IMG/VR virus record: IMGVR_UViG_3300020463_000018
Coordinates: 2,383-66,382 of that record
DNA from: a virus
Length of the DNA: 64,000 nt
Reading direction: 5' to 3' (one strand)
Positions within the stretch are counted from its first letter, which is position 1, and the number at the start of each line of letters is the position of its first letter. This document shows, one piece after another, positions 9,427 to 19,308 of this stretch. The position numbers and the translations under genes are program-made. The notes under the pieces are model-generated. The model searched no databases. It was not told where the DNA came from and saw only the letters and a list, made by a program, of their open reading frames with translations.

Positions 9427-11251
9427 AACTACAGAAACATTTGCCAAGAATCTTATTGAAGGTAGAAGACATCAAGAAAACCCTATCATCAAATCTATTC
9501 AAAGTGGCATATACAAAGCTATAACAGTTGGTGGATTTCCTGACCCTGAGGGCAGAGGAAGAATAGCGGCCTATGTTCCTAAACTAGGAGGGGAACCTGA
9601 TAATCCTATGTTCTTTATGTATGCAAGTTCTTTTGGTGGTGCAAACAAGCAAGGACCATATGGAATGTTTGCAGTCCCACCAGATGCTGGAGTTACTATA
9701 TTAGTTTTCTTTGCAGAGAACGGAGATTTAAATGAAGGATATTGGTTCGCAGTATCACAAGAAGTTCCAGATGTAGTTGGCGGAGCATCATCAAAAGCAA
9801 AAGCAGACGGAACAGGACAAGGCGAAGGTGTATTTACAGATGTACCTTCTTCGAAAATTAAACCAGTTTCAGTTAGAGATGCGGCAAATGTAGAAGATGT
9901 AGAACAAGACAATACTAATAAAAATGCCAATACTGCAAATCAAGGAATTTATACAGACCCATTACGAGGACAAACAACTGCAAGTCCAGGCAGAGATGCA
10001 AACTATGAGAAAACAGGACACTCAAAAGTATATGGTTGGAGTACACCAGGTGGAAATTATATTTCTATGGACGATGGTTCAGTAGGAGATGATGGTACAA
10101 TTCATCCTAATCAAATAAGAGTTACATCAGGTTCAGGAGCACAAGTTATCGTAGATGGAACAAATGATTTTATATATGCGATTAATAGTTCGGGTTCTGG
10201 TTGGGTAGAGATAGGTGCTAAAGGCGAAGTAATGGTTTATGCTGAAGGCAATATGTCTATTCGTACTGAAAAAGATTTTAATTTACGTGCAGATAAAAAT
10301 ATCAATTTAGAAGCCGCTGAAAAAATTAACATACGTAGTGGTGAAAACACAAACTTGAATGTTGGTGACCAACTACATGCAAAAACTAAAGGCAGTATGT
10401 TCTTTGAAAGTGGTGGAGCAAATCATACAAAAGTAAAAACAAATATGTTCGTATCAACTGATGGGCATTTACATCTTAATGGACCAATGGCTTCTATCGC
10501 TTTTGATATACCTTTATCAGCACAACCTGATATGCAAAACTTGGAAGCAGGTTTAATTGAAGATACTATTATTCCTAAAATACCAACACATGAACCTTTC
10601 TTAAGAGGAACTACTGCAACAATGCCTAGTTCTTCAGGTGATACACCAACACAAGAAACTGATACACAAAAAGCAGGTAATGAAATTGCTCCAGACCCAT
10701 CTAGTGCAGAAGGCCAAATAGAAGCAGACAATCAGGCACAAGAAGCCAATGAAGATGTTCCAGGATTACCAGACGGTGAAGGTCTTGGAACTATAAGAGC
10801 AAGTAATGGTGTAGGTTGTCAAGTTGCAGAAATCTTTGTTAAAAACTTTCAAGGTCTTATCAATGATTTGGAAGCAACAGGATATGAAATTAGAACATTA
10901 CATGGATATTGTAAACGAACAACAAGAGGCGGTAACAAACCTAGTTTCCATGCTATGGGAGCCGCAATAGATATTAACGCATATGCACCAAATGGATATG
11001 CCCAAAATGCGCCAGCTGGTTGGGATCCAAGTGGAAGCAGAGGTACAAACTTTGGTTGTGACTTACCATTGAATATTGGTACAATCGCCGCTAGACATGG
11101 ATTAGGTTGGGGCGGTAACTGGTCTAGACCTTGGGATCCTATGCACTTCTCAGCCGCAAGTGTTGAACGTGGTGCATATAGATTAAATCGTTCATATAAA
11201 GTTGCAGACAATTCAGATGTTACTGGAACAACAACTGTGAGATTAGCATAA
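9416..11251 (+). CDS. Baseplate spike/hub gp5-like protein with C-terminal M15 (D,D-/L,D-) peptidase
   Basis: OB-fold DPEGRGRI...PPDxGxxILVFF; beta-helix repeats; HEPF; peptidase motifs SFHAMGAAIDIN (HxxxxxxD) and WGGNW..DPMHF. Confidence 0.85.
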   Translation: MKSRTTETFAKNLIEGRRHQENPIIKSIQSGIYKAITVGGFPDPEGRGRIAAYVPKLGGEPDNPMFFMYASSFGGANKQGPYGMFAVPPDAGVTILVFFAENGDLNEGYWFAVSQEVPDVVGGASSKAKADGTGQGEGVFTDVPSSKIKPVSVRDAANVEDVEQDNTNKNANTANQGIYTDPLRGQTTASPGRDANYEKTGHSKVYGWSTPGGNYISMDDGSVGDDGTIHPNQIRVTSGSGAQVIVDGTNDFIYAINSSGSGWVEIGAKGEVMVYAEGNMSIRTEKDFNLRADKNINLEAAEKINIRSGENTNLNVGDQLHAKTKGSMFFESGGANHTKVKTNMFVSTDGHLHLNGPMASIAFDIPLSAQPDMQNLEAGLIEDTIIPKIPTHEPFLRGTTATMPSSSGDTPTQETDTQKAGNEIAPDPSSAEGQIEADNQAQEANEDVPGLPDGEGLGTIRASNGVGCQVAEIFVKNFQGLINDLEATGYEIRTLHGYCKRTTRGGNKPSFHAMGAAIDINAYAPNGYAQNAPAGWDPSGSRGTNFGCDLPLNIGTIAARHGLGWGGNWSRPWDPMHFSAASVERGAYRLNRSYKVADNSDVTGTTTVRLA

Positions 11252-11889
11252 TGATATTTGATAAACGAAAAGGATCATTGTTAAATTATATTCAAATGCC
11301 GTTGAATGTTACTACACCAAACGGTACACATTTAGGTGTTGGATATAAAGAAGACAACACACCTACTTACATATTATCACACATACGACTTACGACTTTT
11401 AATATAGAAGATTTGATATTTTCTTCTTTAAGTAAAGATGCTATTATAGAAACAGAAGAACCTATACTTGAATTGACAGATGATAATAAAATAGGTTATG
11501 GATATAATGTAACACCAACAGAAATTAAGTTTGGTTTTGTTACTGTAGAATCTCAGAGAATAGATATTTCTAGTAAAAAGATTACAAAACAAATGGCTAA
11601 GTTTATACTAGATAAACAACTTAGAAATATTGGAAATGTTTTAGAAAGATTTATATTCAGAGAATTAGCACAAACACAATTTGATGCATTATGTTATTAT
11701 TTTTACAAACAAGGTGTAGACAAAATAGAAAAACACCCTATAGTTTCACTGATTAATAACGATAAGTGGTATGATATTACAGATGAAATTCAAACTAATA
11801 TCAAAAAGAATAACGGCCAGTTCGATGAAGAACTAGCCGCTATGAAAATTCGTACTGCTAAAATGTGGAGTTTAGTTCCAGGATTTTAG
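11251..11889 (+). CDS. Lysozyme (GH24)-like tail-associated protein, divergent
   Basis: IGYGY and LAQTQFDALC..F motifs; catalytic residues unclear. Confidence 0.55.
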   Translation: MIFDKRKGSLLNYIQMPLNVTTPNGTHLGVGYKEDNTPTYILSHIRLTTFNIEDLIFSSLSKDAIIETEEPILELTDDNKIGYGYNVTPTEIKFGFVTVESQRIDISSKKITKQMAKFILDKQLRNIGNVLERFIFRELAQTQFDALCYYFYKQGVDKIEKHPIVSLINNDKWYDITDEIQTNIKKNNGQFDEELAAMKIRTAKMWSLVPGF

Positions 11890-12080
11890 AATTCGTAAAT
11901 TGATTTAGTATAACCGCGAGTTGGTTCTACATTTACAATTTCGACTTTAGACTCAGGATTCATTTGAGTCATAAGTTTTTGTACACGATATGCATCGTCT
12001 ACACTTGTGTCTCTGGTAACGTCTGTACCATTAACTTTTACCCTTACAGGGTTCCTTAAAACTTCTTCTTTTTTGCTCAT
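11886..12080 (-). CDS. Hypothetical protein
   Basis: 64-aa ORF with GGAGG RBS, coupled to the upstream gene. Confidence 0.65.
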   Translation of the reverse strand: MSKKEEVLRNPVRVKVNGTDVTRDTSVDDAYRVQKLMTQMNPESKVEIVNVEPTRGYTKSIYEF

Positions 12081-12319
12081 AGTGCCTCCAAGTATTGTTT
12101 ATTATTAGTTTCTAAGGTTACAAAACTACCAAAGTAGTTTTCAAAAGTCTTAAGAAGATTTATATAATCTCCAGACTTCATTTCGTTAATTATTTTTTCA
12201 CCATCTAATCCCAAGTCACGACTAAATTGTTGAGCCGTACCTAAAAGATAAAAAGCATTTCCGTTAGGACCATCAAGGTCGATTATAAGTTCTTCAACAG
12301 ATTTTTCACGAACAGCCAT
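12077..12319 (-). CDS. Conserved phage hypothetical protein (GxxGNAF...SGDY family)
   Basis: IDLDGPNGNAFYLLG...MKSGDYINLL; GAGG RBS. Confidence 0.7.
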   Translation of the reverse strand: MAVREKSVEELIIDLDGPNGNAFYLLGTAQQFSRDLGLDGEKIINEMKSGDYINLLKTFENYFGSFVTLETNNKQYLEAL

Positions 12320-12330
12320 TATTTTACCTC

Positions 12331-12528
12331 TCAATCTAAATCACATTGCCAATAAGTGCCGTCAAACCAAGCACGTAGACCACCTAATGGATAATCTTTA
12401 TGCTCAAAGAATATAAAAGGACGACCCTTTGCATCTATTTTTTGTTCTATGATACTGGCTTCTTCTAAAGGTATTAGACGTTCATCACCAGTATCTTCAT
12501 AGTAGGCACTATTAAAAATACGTATCAT
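12331..12528 (-). CDS. Hypothetical protein
   Basis: GGAGG RBS and TAATG overlap with the upstream gene; MIRIFNSAYY... Confidence 0.65.
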   Translation of the reverse strand: MIRIFNSAYYEDTGDERLIPLEEASIIEQKIDAKGRPFIFFEHKDYPLGGLRAWFDGTYWQCDLD

Positions 12529-12878
12529 TATGCTACCTCCTGCCAACCAATTGATGCACAAACAAATTGTTTGCCATCTTCATTTTCAACTACGTCACTA
12601 ACACTAACAGAATACATAGGAGCCAATCGCTGAATGTTTTCTTCTGGACCAATGTTACCTATTTCGAATACTTTTTCTAAACCATCGGCAGTAATGTTTG
12701 ATACATGAGTGTACCAATTATTATCCATTGCCTTTTTAGCTAACGAACCTACTTCATCTTTAGCAAAAGACATATCCAACTTAGTTAAATGCTTAGGAAC
12801 ACTATTATGTCCTTCTGCATTTACTTTGTCAACTTCTGCATCAGTAAGATGAATTTGATATAATTTAAATTTTTGCAT
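12528..12878 (-). CDS. YodL-like domain protein
   Basis: FKLYQI...LEKVFEIGN...SVSVSDVV...FVCASIGW resembles the YodL pattern (IYQL...LExIF..FN...SLSVSDVV...YVDxxGF). Confidence 0.55.
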   Translation of the reverse strand: MQKFKLYQIHLTDAEVDKVNAEGHNSVPKHLTKLDMSFAKDEVGSLAKKAMDNNWYTHVSNITADGLEKVFEIGNIGPEENIQRLAPMYSVSVSDVVENEDGKQFVCASIGWQEVA

Positions 12879-12891
12879 TAGTGCCTCCTAA

Positions 12892-13362
12892 TTAAAGAGT
12901 TGTACGTTCATCGCCCTCGATTTTGAGAACGCATTTACCTGTAGACAAATTATCTACGTTACCTACAAACTTACCAACAAGATATTCGTATTCGGTTCCT
13001 TTTTGAAATCCGCCTACTATATAACCTCGTTTCATGTACCAGTCACCTGACTTCTTACCCTTACGAACAACTTTGTCGAGATACAGAGTATCCCAACCGT
13101 CAGTGTCGTATTCTTTTTGAGATTTAAGAAATTCAGATTGAAAATTATCATCACAAGAAAAGAAATCTAAAAAGTTTTCTTCAAATGAATTGTTAGAATC
13201 TGTAACTAAAGGGATAACAGTTTTAGCCTCTTCGGCTGTTTCTGCCTCAACAATATAAGTGTTGCCACCTTTGTTTTTCCAATATTCGGAAACACCATCC
13301 CAATCAGAATTATGCGATGCATAGTTTTCACGAATTTGTGTTTCGATAACAAATTTACTCAT
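12892..13362 (-). CDS. Hypothetical protein
   Basis: IETQIRENY...YWKNKGGNTY pattern; AAGGAG RBS; has its own early promoter. Confidence 0.7.
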   Translation of the reverse strand: MSKFVIETQIRENYASHNSDWDGVSEYWKNKGGNTYIVEAETAEEAKTVIPLVTDSNNSFEENFLDFFSCDDNFQSEFLKSQKEYDTDGWDTLYLDKVVRKGKKSGDWYMKRGYIVGGFQKGTEYEYLVGKFVGNVDNLSTGKCVLKIEGDERTTL

Positions 13363-13386
13363 ATCTCTCTCCTTCATCATGATTCT

Positions 13387-13414
13387 AATATAGCACAGAT
13401 CCTGAATCTGTCAA
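13387..13414 (-). promoter_or_regulatory. Early sigma70-type promoter
   Basis: TTGACA-gattcaggatctgtgc(16)-TATATT with extended -10 TG. Confidence 0.8.
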
Positions 13415-13419
13415 GTTTT

Positions 13420-13767
13420 TTAGTCTAACCTTGATCCTGAATATGCTTTAAAACCATATGACTTCATTACGTTAGCATAAACTTGTGCGCCTTCTTCTTT
13501 GGCATCTATATTTTGACCTGCATATTTCCCAGGATTCCACAACTGCCAGGCTTTTCCTGTCCAGTCTTTCTTAAAACCAATAGATTCTAGCCCAGCCCTT
13601 TCAGCTTTGCCTAGTTTAGTATTACCTTTATTTTCAGGATAAACAGTAACCCATGCAAAACCACAGGCATATTGGTCTTCACCTTTTAAAACATTATTGA
13701 AAAATATATCAACAGCCGACGTTGCTTTTGTAGTGGCTTCTTGATGAACTTCTGCGTATGTAGTCAT
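13420..13767 (-). CDS. Conserved phage hypothetical protein (CGFAWV...SRLD family)
   Basis: CGFAWV and GQNIDAKEEGA...SRLD motifs; has its own promoter and RBS. Confidence 0.75.
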   Translation of the reverse strand: MTTYAEVHQEATTKATSAVDIFFNNVLKGEDQYACGFAWVTVYPENKGNTKLGKAERAGLESIGFKKDWTGKAWQLWNPGKYAGQNIDAKEEGAQVYANVMKSYGFKAYSGSRLD

Positions 13768-13795
13768 AATCCCTCTCTTTCTTGATTATGTAACT

Positions 13796-13823
13796 ACTAT
13801 ATCATGATTCTCGATTCTGTCAA
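13796..13823 (-). promoter_or_regulatory. Early sigma70-type promoter
   Basis: TTGACA-gaatcgagaatcatga(16)-TATAGT; the clpP stop codon lies inside the -35 box. Confidence 0.8.
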
Positions 13824-14419
13824 GTTTTTGGTCTTGATTCAAGGATTTCGTCAATTAACCCGTAATCTAGCGATTCTTTAGGATCCATGAAGTTATCACG
13901 TTCCATATCAGCATGTAATTCTGCGTATTTTTTCGCTTTAGAGTTGTGTTTTACATAGAGATTAATTAGACGTTCTTTTACTTTTACAATTTCTTTGACT
14001 TGTATTTCCATGTCAGTTGCTTGACCACCTGCACCACCGCTAGGTTGATGAATCATGTGTCTAGCATTAGGTAACATATATCTCTTACCTTTTGCTCCAG
14101 CAGTTGCTAAAAGAGAACCCATAGAACATGCTTGTCCTATGACCATTGTAGAAACATCTGGTTTGATAAATTGCATTGTGTCATATATAGCCATGCCTGC
14201 CGTAACTGCCCCACCAGGAGAATTGATATAAAAATGTATATCTTTTGATGGATTTTCTGCTTCCAAGAACAGAAGTTGGGCACAAATTAAATCAGATTGA
14301 TAGTCATTTACTTCACCTGTAAGAAATATGACTCGTTCTTTGAGCAAACGAGAGAAGATATCGAAACTACGTTCTCCATTTGCAGTTTGGTCAATGACCA
14401 TAGGTACTAAATTAGGCAT
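13820..14419 (-). CDS. clpP: ATP-dependent Clp protease proteolytic subunit
   Basis: [38 protein letters not shown] (catalytic Ser), MIHQP (His), DMERDNFM (Asp). Confidence 0.97.
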   Translation of the reverse strand: MPNLVPMVIDQTANGERSFDIFSRLLKERVIFLTGEVNDYQSDLICAQLLFLEAENPSKDIHFYINSPGGAVTAGMAIYDTMQFIKPDVSTMVIGQACSMGSLLATAGAKGKRYMLPNARHMIHQPSGGAGGQATDMEIQVKEIVKVKERLINLYVKHNSKAKKYAELHADMERDNFMDPKESLDYGLIDEILESRPKT

Positions 14420-14449
14420 AACTTTGTTTACACTCCTTAAATTACTACA

Positions 14450-14478
14450 ATTATAGATTATTTCAGAATATAAGTCAA
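14450..14478 (-). promoter_or_regulatory. Sigma70-type promoter of clpP
   Basis: TTGACT-17 nt-TATAAT; AAGGAG RBS downstream. Confidence 0.7.
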
Positions 14479-14482
14479 CCTA

Positions 14483-14512
14483 AAACTTCGAACTTTATAA
14501 GATGATAAATAC
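14483..14512 (+). promoter_or_regulatory. Late promoter (GATAAATA) with conserved upstream element
   Basis: AAACTTCGAACTTTATAAGATGATAAATAC, a near copy of 2718-2747; upstream of gp25. Confidence 0.7.
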
Positions 14513-14537
14513 TCTTAATATACAGAGAGAATTTAAA

Positions 14538-14894
14538 ATGGCAAGATTTGTAGGTTTTAGTACTAAAAATAAGTTGGCAATTAATCACACTCTAACAGGA
14601 AAAGAGTTAGTTGTTGAAGATTTAATGAACAACATAATGACACGTAAAGGTGAAAGAGTCATGATGCCTACGTATGGTTCGATTATACATGAATTAGTCT
14701 TTGAGCCGTTGACCTCTGATATAAAACAAATTATAGAAGATGATTTGACAGAAATAGTCAATGATGATCCTAGAGTTATATTGAAACAAATTAACTTGTC
14801 AGAGACAGACCACACAGTAACGGCGTCTATATTGGTAGATTTACTACCAGAAAAAGAACCAGTGACTTTAACTATAGACCTACAGAGAGAATAA
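14538..14894 (+). CDS. Baseplate wedge subunit gp25-like
   Basis: TRKGERVMMPTYGSIIHELVFEP...DPRV is the GPW/gp25 signature. Confidence 0.92.
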   Translation: MARFVGFSTKNKLAINHTLTGKELVVEDLMNNIMTRKGERVMMPTYGSIIHELVFEPLTSDIKQIIEDDLTEIVNDDPRVILKQINLSETDHTVTASILVDLLPEKEPVTLTIDLQRE

Positions 14895-14895
14895 A

Positions 14896-17800
14896 ATGAG
14901 TTACCAAGAAAGAATAGACAATTTATTTGCTAGTGAAACGTGGAGTTCAGTTTATACTGCTTTCACAAACGTTAGCTTAAAAGCATATGACTTTGACACT
15001 ATACGTGAAAGTCTACTTGCTTATGTACAAAAAACATATCCAGAAAAATTTAATGATTTTATCGCAAGTTCTGAATTCATAGCAATCTTAGACCTTGTTG
15101 CATACCTAGGTCATTCTCTAGCATTTAGAAATGACATGAACACACGTGAAAACTTTATGGATACTGCGGAACGCCGTATCAGTATTTTACGTATGGCACA
15201 AACATTAGGTTATATCAAAACAAGACCTATCAATGCACGTGGTATGATGAAAATCACAAGTATCTCAACTACAGAAGATGTCGCAGACAACGAAGGTAAT
15301 TCTCTCGCCGGTACAGTTGTTAACTGGAACGACACTAACGATGTTGATTGGTACGAAAAGTTTGTTACAATTCTAAACGCATCTTTTAACAAGAATACAA
15401 AAATTCAAGATCCAAGTGCATCATTAACTGTAGGTAATATTGAAAACTATCTTTATGAAGTAAACGAAAATCAAACTTCAAAATCTTTAGCATATGCATT
15501 CTCTACAAATCTAGCAGGTGCTAACAGAAGACTTGAGGCAGTTCGTACAGTTATTGAAAATAAAAAAATTATTGAAGGCGAACCTATTCAAGCTAAGAAC
15601 TTTACAATCTTAAACAGAAATGATAACTTAGGTCCTGCATCAGACAGAACAGGTTTCTTTGTTACTGCAAAATCAGGTCAATTAAAAAGTCAGTTATTTT
15701 CATATCTAACAAAAATTTCAAATAGAACAGAATTAATTGACGATGTAAATATTTCTAACTCAGATGTTTGGATTCAAAAATTTGATACACAAGCAGGCAC
15801 GTATCTTTCATCAGTAACAAAAGTTGATAACGATACACGTGAGACTGCGATTTACAATTCACTACGAACAGGTAGTGGTGACATGGCTAGTGTTCACACT
15901 AATACAGATAACTCTATTGAAATTAGATATCCTGATGGTATATTCGGCAATGCGGCATTTGGTGATTATCGTGTTTGGTATAGAACATGTGATAACGAAA
16001 ATTATACAGTAAACTCAGGCGATATTGAAAATGCAAATATTTCAATTCCTTATATTGGTGCAGACGAAAGAGCATACAGATTAGTTTTAACTTTAGCAAG
16101 TACACGTGACTTTGCTGAAAACTTTACGGCAGAAACATTTACAAGTGTTAGACGTATTGCACAAAAGGCTTACTATTCTCAAGATAGAATGGTGAACGCA
16201 CAAGATTATAACATATATCCTTTAACTTTAGGAAACAATGTAATTCAAAAAATAAAATCAGTCAATACATCTTTTGCTGGTAATTCACGTTACTTTGAAA
16301 TGGATGATGTTACAGGACATCATTCTGATTTAAGTATCACAGGAACAGATGGTTCAATATACATAGAAGACGAAGGTGGAAGTCAACCAGATTATACTGG
16401 TGTTGGCAATATTCCTCCTGTGTTTCCTAACTGGACTGACTCAATTCAAATAGCATTAAGTTTTAACAGAGACCATGGCAATGCATCAGACTTTGTTAGA
16501 AATGAAGTTGTAAAAGCAATATCACACCCTGCATTACTAACTCAATATTTTTATCAATATAAAGATGATGCAAGTGTTAATATTGCAGTTGCTCCAGCCG
16601 ATGGTGCTTATACAAAAAGCCCTTTAAATAACTTACAAATAGAAACTACAAATCCTTTAGATGTAGAGACTGGCGACTATATAAGAATAAAAGGTCAATC
16701 AGACACAATATATCATGCTAGAGTAATTAGAGTTGGATCAGGTGATCCTAGTGAACTTATCTTAGATAAAGTTATCACTGAAACAGGAACGATTGAATTA
16801 ATTACCAGGGACATGAGAAAGAAATTCACAGATGCAGAAATACTTGCAATTAAAACTGCTAAAATAGATGATGCAAATGTTGAATCATTTACACTTTTCT
16901 ATGACTTAGTTTCTGGTACAACTACGAAATGGGAATGGAAAATATGGGATGGTACAACTGATATCACAGGAAAGATACAAGTATTTTTAAAATATGATCC
17001 AGGTTTAAGAACAAGCGAAGCACAATATACTGCACACGTAAAAGGTAAAAGAATAGTATTTGAAAGTCTTGACCAAGTTAAATTTTATTATGGCAATGCA
17101 GAATTGATTGTTGATAATGAAACTAACTTAGCAGAAAGAGACCAACTATTAATTAACTATTATAACCCAAGTGATGCAACACCGTCTTCATCAAGCACAA
17201 TTGGTTCAGATGACATAACAATCGGTTATGCTCCAGTTAATACATATGCAGATGACGGAACAGGTGGTGCAACATTCAAAGCAAAATTTAAATATACAGG
17301 TGCAGAAGATACACTTGAATTTGTAGAGAACAATCCTGCACAAATAGGTAGTCCTACATATAAACATTTCTTAGTTTCACCTGATGGTATAACTTATGAA
17401 TTAGCGGCTAGTACAATAACTGCTCCAGCTTCTCCAGACAATATTATAGGTGCTACACCTGAATATGAATTAGAATTCGCAGTACCAGATATTTCACAAT
17501 TCGTTGCAACAACAACTGAGGTGTCACTCAATAATACAGTGGCAGATTCTACAGAAATAAATATTTCTCCAGACCAGATGCCAGTTGTAACAGAAACAGG
17601 TGCGGCAAATGTTGCATCAGCGGAAGCATCTTACAGTACAGTATCATTTGAAAACTTATCTAATACATATGGGTTCAAAGGTAAAGCATCAGCATCATAC
17701 TTTAGTTCTGCTCCTACAACAGGAAACTTTATGTGGGTTGATGGAAGTGATTTACCAACAGGCGAAACATACACAACTGCAACACCAGGAATGACAGGTG

Positions 17801-19308
17801 TACAAACAGATTTTATATCACTATTTGATTCAAATTTAAATCAATGGAAATTTACATATCCAATTCAAAGTTGGGGTGTTATCGAAAGTGCAGATAACGT
17901 ACAAAACGATGTTAGATTTAAACAAGTAGCTTTTTCAGAAATATCATTTAGTTCAAATGAAACAGTTACACAATCAACTTTGATATTAAGAGATTCAAAT
18001 GGAGTTATCTTAGATAAAGACCATGCAGAACTTACAAGTACCGCAGGTACAGGTGGTATTACTAACTATGTTATATATTTCTGGACAATAGATCCAGGTG
18101 AAGGAAGTCAGATTGATGTACTATCAGGTGACGGAAGTTCTACAACATCGTTAGGTACATTCACAGTTAAAGTCGTAGCAAACGTAAACTTGATTAGTTC
18201 AGTAACAAGTGTAACAACATCTTATGAAACTAAAAGTGCATACGTACACGATGACTTTATGACAAGATTTGGATACATAGATCCATCGAAAGTTAAACTA
18301 TTACCATTCGATGTCAATGATAATCCTTACGGTATTTTAGATATATTCAGACCAACTGGCAATACATCTAAAATCGTTATAGAAGAATATCAAGATAGTG
18401 TCACATACTATGAACGTATTTCAACACGTGCAACTGCAGGTGCAAACATAGGCGGTGCAAACTACATGCCGTCTGATACTAAACCTCAGTATACATTGTG
18501 GTTTAATACTGATAGCGATGCTAATGGTCAAAAATGGTATCTATATACTGATGGTATATGGCGTGCATTGACGGCCGCTGAATTCAGTCAACCGGATCCT
18601 AGTGATCCTACATGTATATACTTTGGTCCTACAAAATACAAAGTAGTAGAAGGAAGAAGTTTTGTTGAAGATGAGTTCATGAGTTTTAGATGGGATCATT
18701 ATACAGACTTAGATAAGAGAATAGATCCTAGCACAAGTAACATTGTTGATGTTTATGTTCTTACAAGTGATTACGTAAGACAAGTTAACAAATGGATTGC
18801 TAGTAAGTTTGTTAACCCTACTCCTACTGCTCCAAACAATTTTGAATTAAAATCATTAATGGGTTCTATAGAACCAAAGGCGGCAATCGCAGACCATATT
18901 AGTTATATTCCAGTTAAGTTTAAATATCTATTTGGTGCATTTGCAAAACCTGAAAATCAAGCATGTTTCAAAGTTGTCAAAAAAGCAGGTACATCTTATA
19001 CAGAAAGCGAAATCAAAACCGCAGTATCGGCAAAAGTTAATGAATATTTTGATTTAAATAATTGGGACTTTGGTGATACATTTTATTTCTCAGAGTTAGC
19101 ATCATACTTACATCAACAACTTGGTGAGTATATTGCTAGTGTTGTTATAACACCTAAATTCTCAACGAGTGGTTTTACAGACTTGCTAAGTATTACTAGT
19201 GAACCAAATGAAATTTTCTTAAGTGTTACAACATCATCAGATGTGAAAATTATTTCGGCAATATCACAAACAGAATTACAAGGCGAGGAAGTAACAAACT
19301 ATGTCTAA
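14896..19308 (+). CDS. Baseplate wedge subunit gp6-like (large)
   Basis: DFDTIRESL...FNDFIASSE..AILDLVAY...ENFMDTA; SQDRMVNAQDY; WDFGDTFYFSEL. Confidence 0.88.
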   Translation: MSYQERIDNLFASETWSSVYTAFTNVSLKAYDFDTIRESLLAYVQKTYPEKFNDFIASSEFIAILDLVAYLGHSLAFRNDMNTRENFMDTAERRISILRMAQTLGYIKTRPINARGMMKITSISTTEDVADNEGNSLAGTVVNWNDTNDVDWYEKFVTILNASFNKNTKIQDPSASLTVGNIENYLYEVNENQTSKSLAYAFSTNLAGANRRLEAVRTVIENKKIIEGEPIQAKNFTILNRNDNLGPASDRTGFFVTAKSGQLKSQLFSYLTKISNRTELIDDVNISNSDVWIQKFDTQAGTYLSSVTKVDNDTRETAIYNSLRTGSGDMASVHTNTDNSIEIRYPDGIFGNAAFGDYRVWYRTCDNENYTVNSGDIENANISIPYIGADERAYRLVLTLASTRDFAENFTAETFTSVRRIAQKAYYSQDRMVNAQDYNIYPLTLGNNVIQKIKSVNTSFAGNSRYFEMDDVTGHHSDLSITGTDGSIYIEDEGGSQPDYTGVGNIPPVFPNWTDSIQIALSFNRDHGNASDFVRNEVVKAISHPALLTQYFYQYKDDASVNIAVAPADGAYTKSPLNNLQIETTNPLDVETGDYIRIKGQSDTIYHARVIRVGSGDPSELILDKVITETGTIELITRDMRKKFTDAEILAIKTAKIDDANVESFTLFYDLVSGTTTKWEWKIWDGTTDITGKIQVFLKYDPGLRTSEAQYTAHVKGKRIVFESLDQVKFYYGNAELIVDNETNLAERDQLLINYYNPSDATPSSSSTIGSDDITIGYAPVNTYADDGTGGATFKAKFKYTGAEDTLEFVENNPAQIGSPTYKHFLVSPDGITYELAASTITAPASPDNIIGATPEYELEFAVPDISQFVATTTEVSLNNTVADSTEINISPDQMPVVTETGAANVASAEASYSTVSFENLSNTYGFKGKASASYFSSAPTTGNFMWVDGSDLPTGETYTTATPGMTGVQTDFISLFDSNLNQWKFTYPIQSWGVIESADNVQNDVRFKQVAFSEISFSSNETVTQSTLILRDSNGVILDKDHAELTSTAGTGGITNYVIYFWTIDPGEGSQIDVLSGDGSSTTSLGTFTVKVVANVNLISSVTSVTTSYETKSAYVHDDFMTRFGYIDPSKVKLLPFDVNDNPYGILDIFRPTGNTSKIVIEEYQDSVTYYERISTRATAGANIGGANYMPSDTKPQYTLWFNTDSDANGQKWYLYTDGIWRALTAAEFSQPDPSDPTCIYFGPTKYKVVEGRSFVEDEFMSFRWDHYTDLDKRIDPSTSNIVDVYVLTSDYVRQVNKWIASKFVNPTPTAPNNFELKSLMGSIEPKAAIADHISYIPVKFKYLFGAFAKPENQACFKVVKKAGTSYTESEIKTAVSAKVNEYFDLNNWDFGDTFYFSELASYLHQQLGEYIASVVITPKFSTSGFTDLLSITSEPNEIFLSVTTSSDVKIISAISQTELQGEEVTNYV

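Noticed and set aside
13820-14419. ClpP as prohead maturation protease
   Set aside because: No portal or capsid genes nearby, opposite strand to the structural genes, sigma70 promoter and cellular-type sequence
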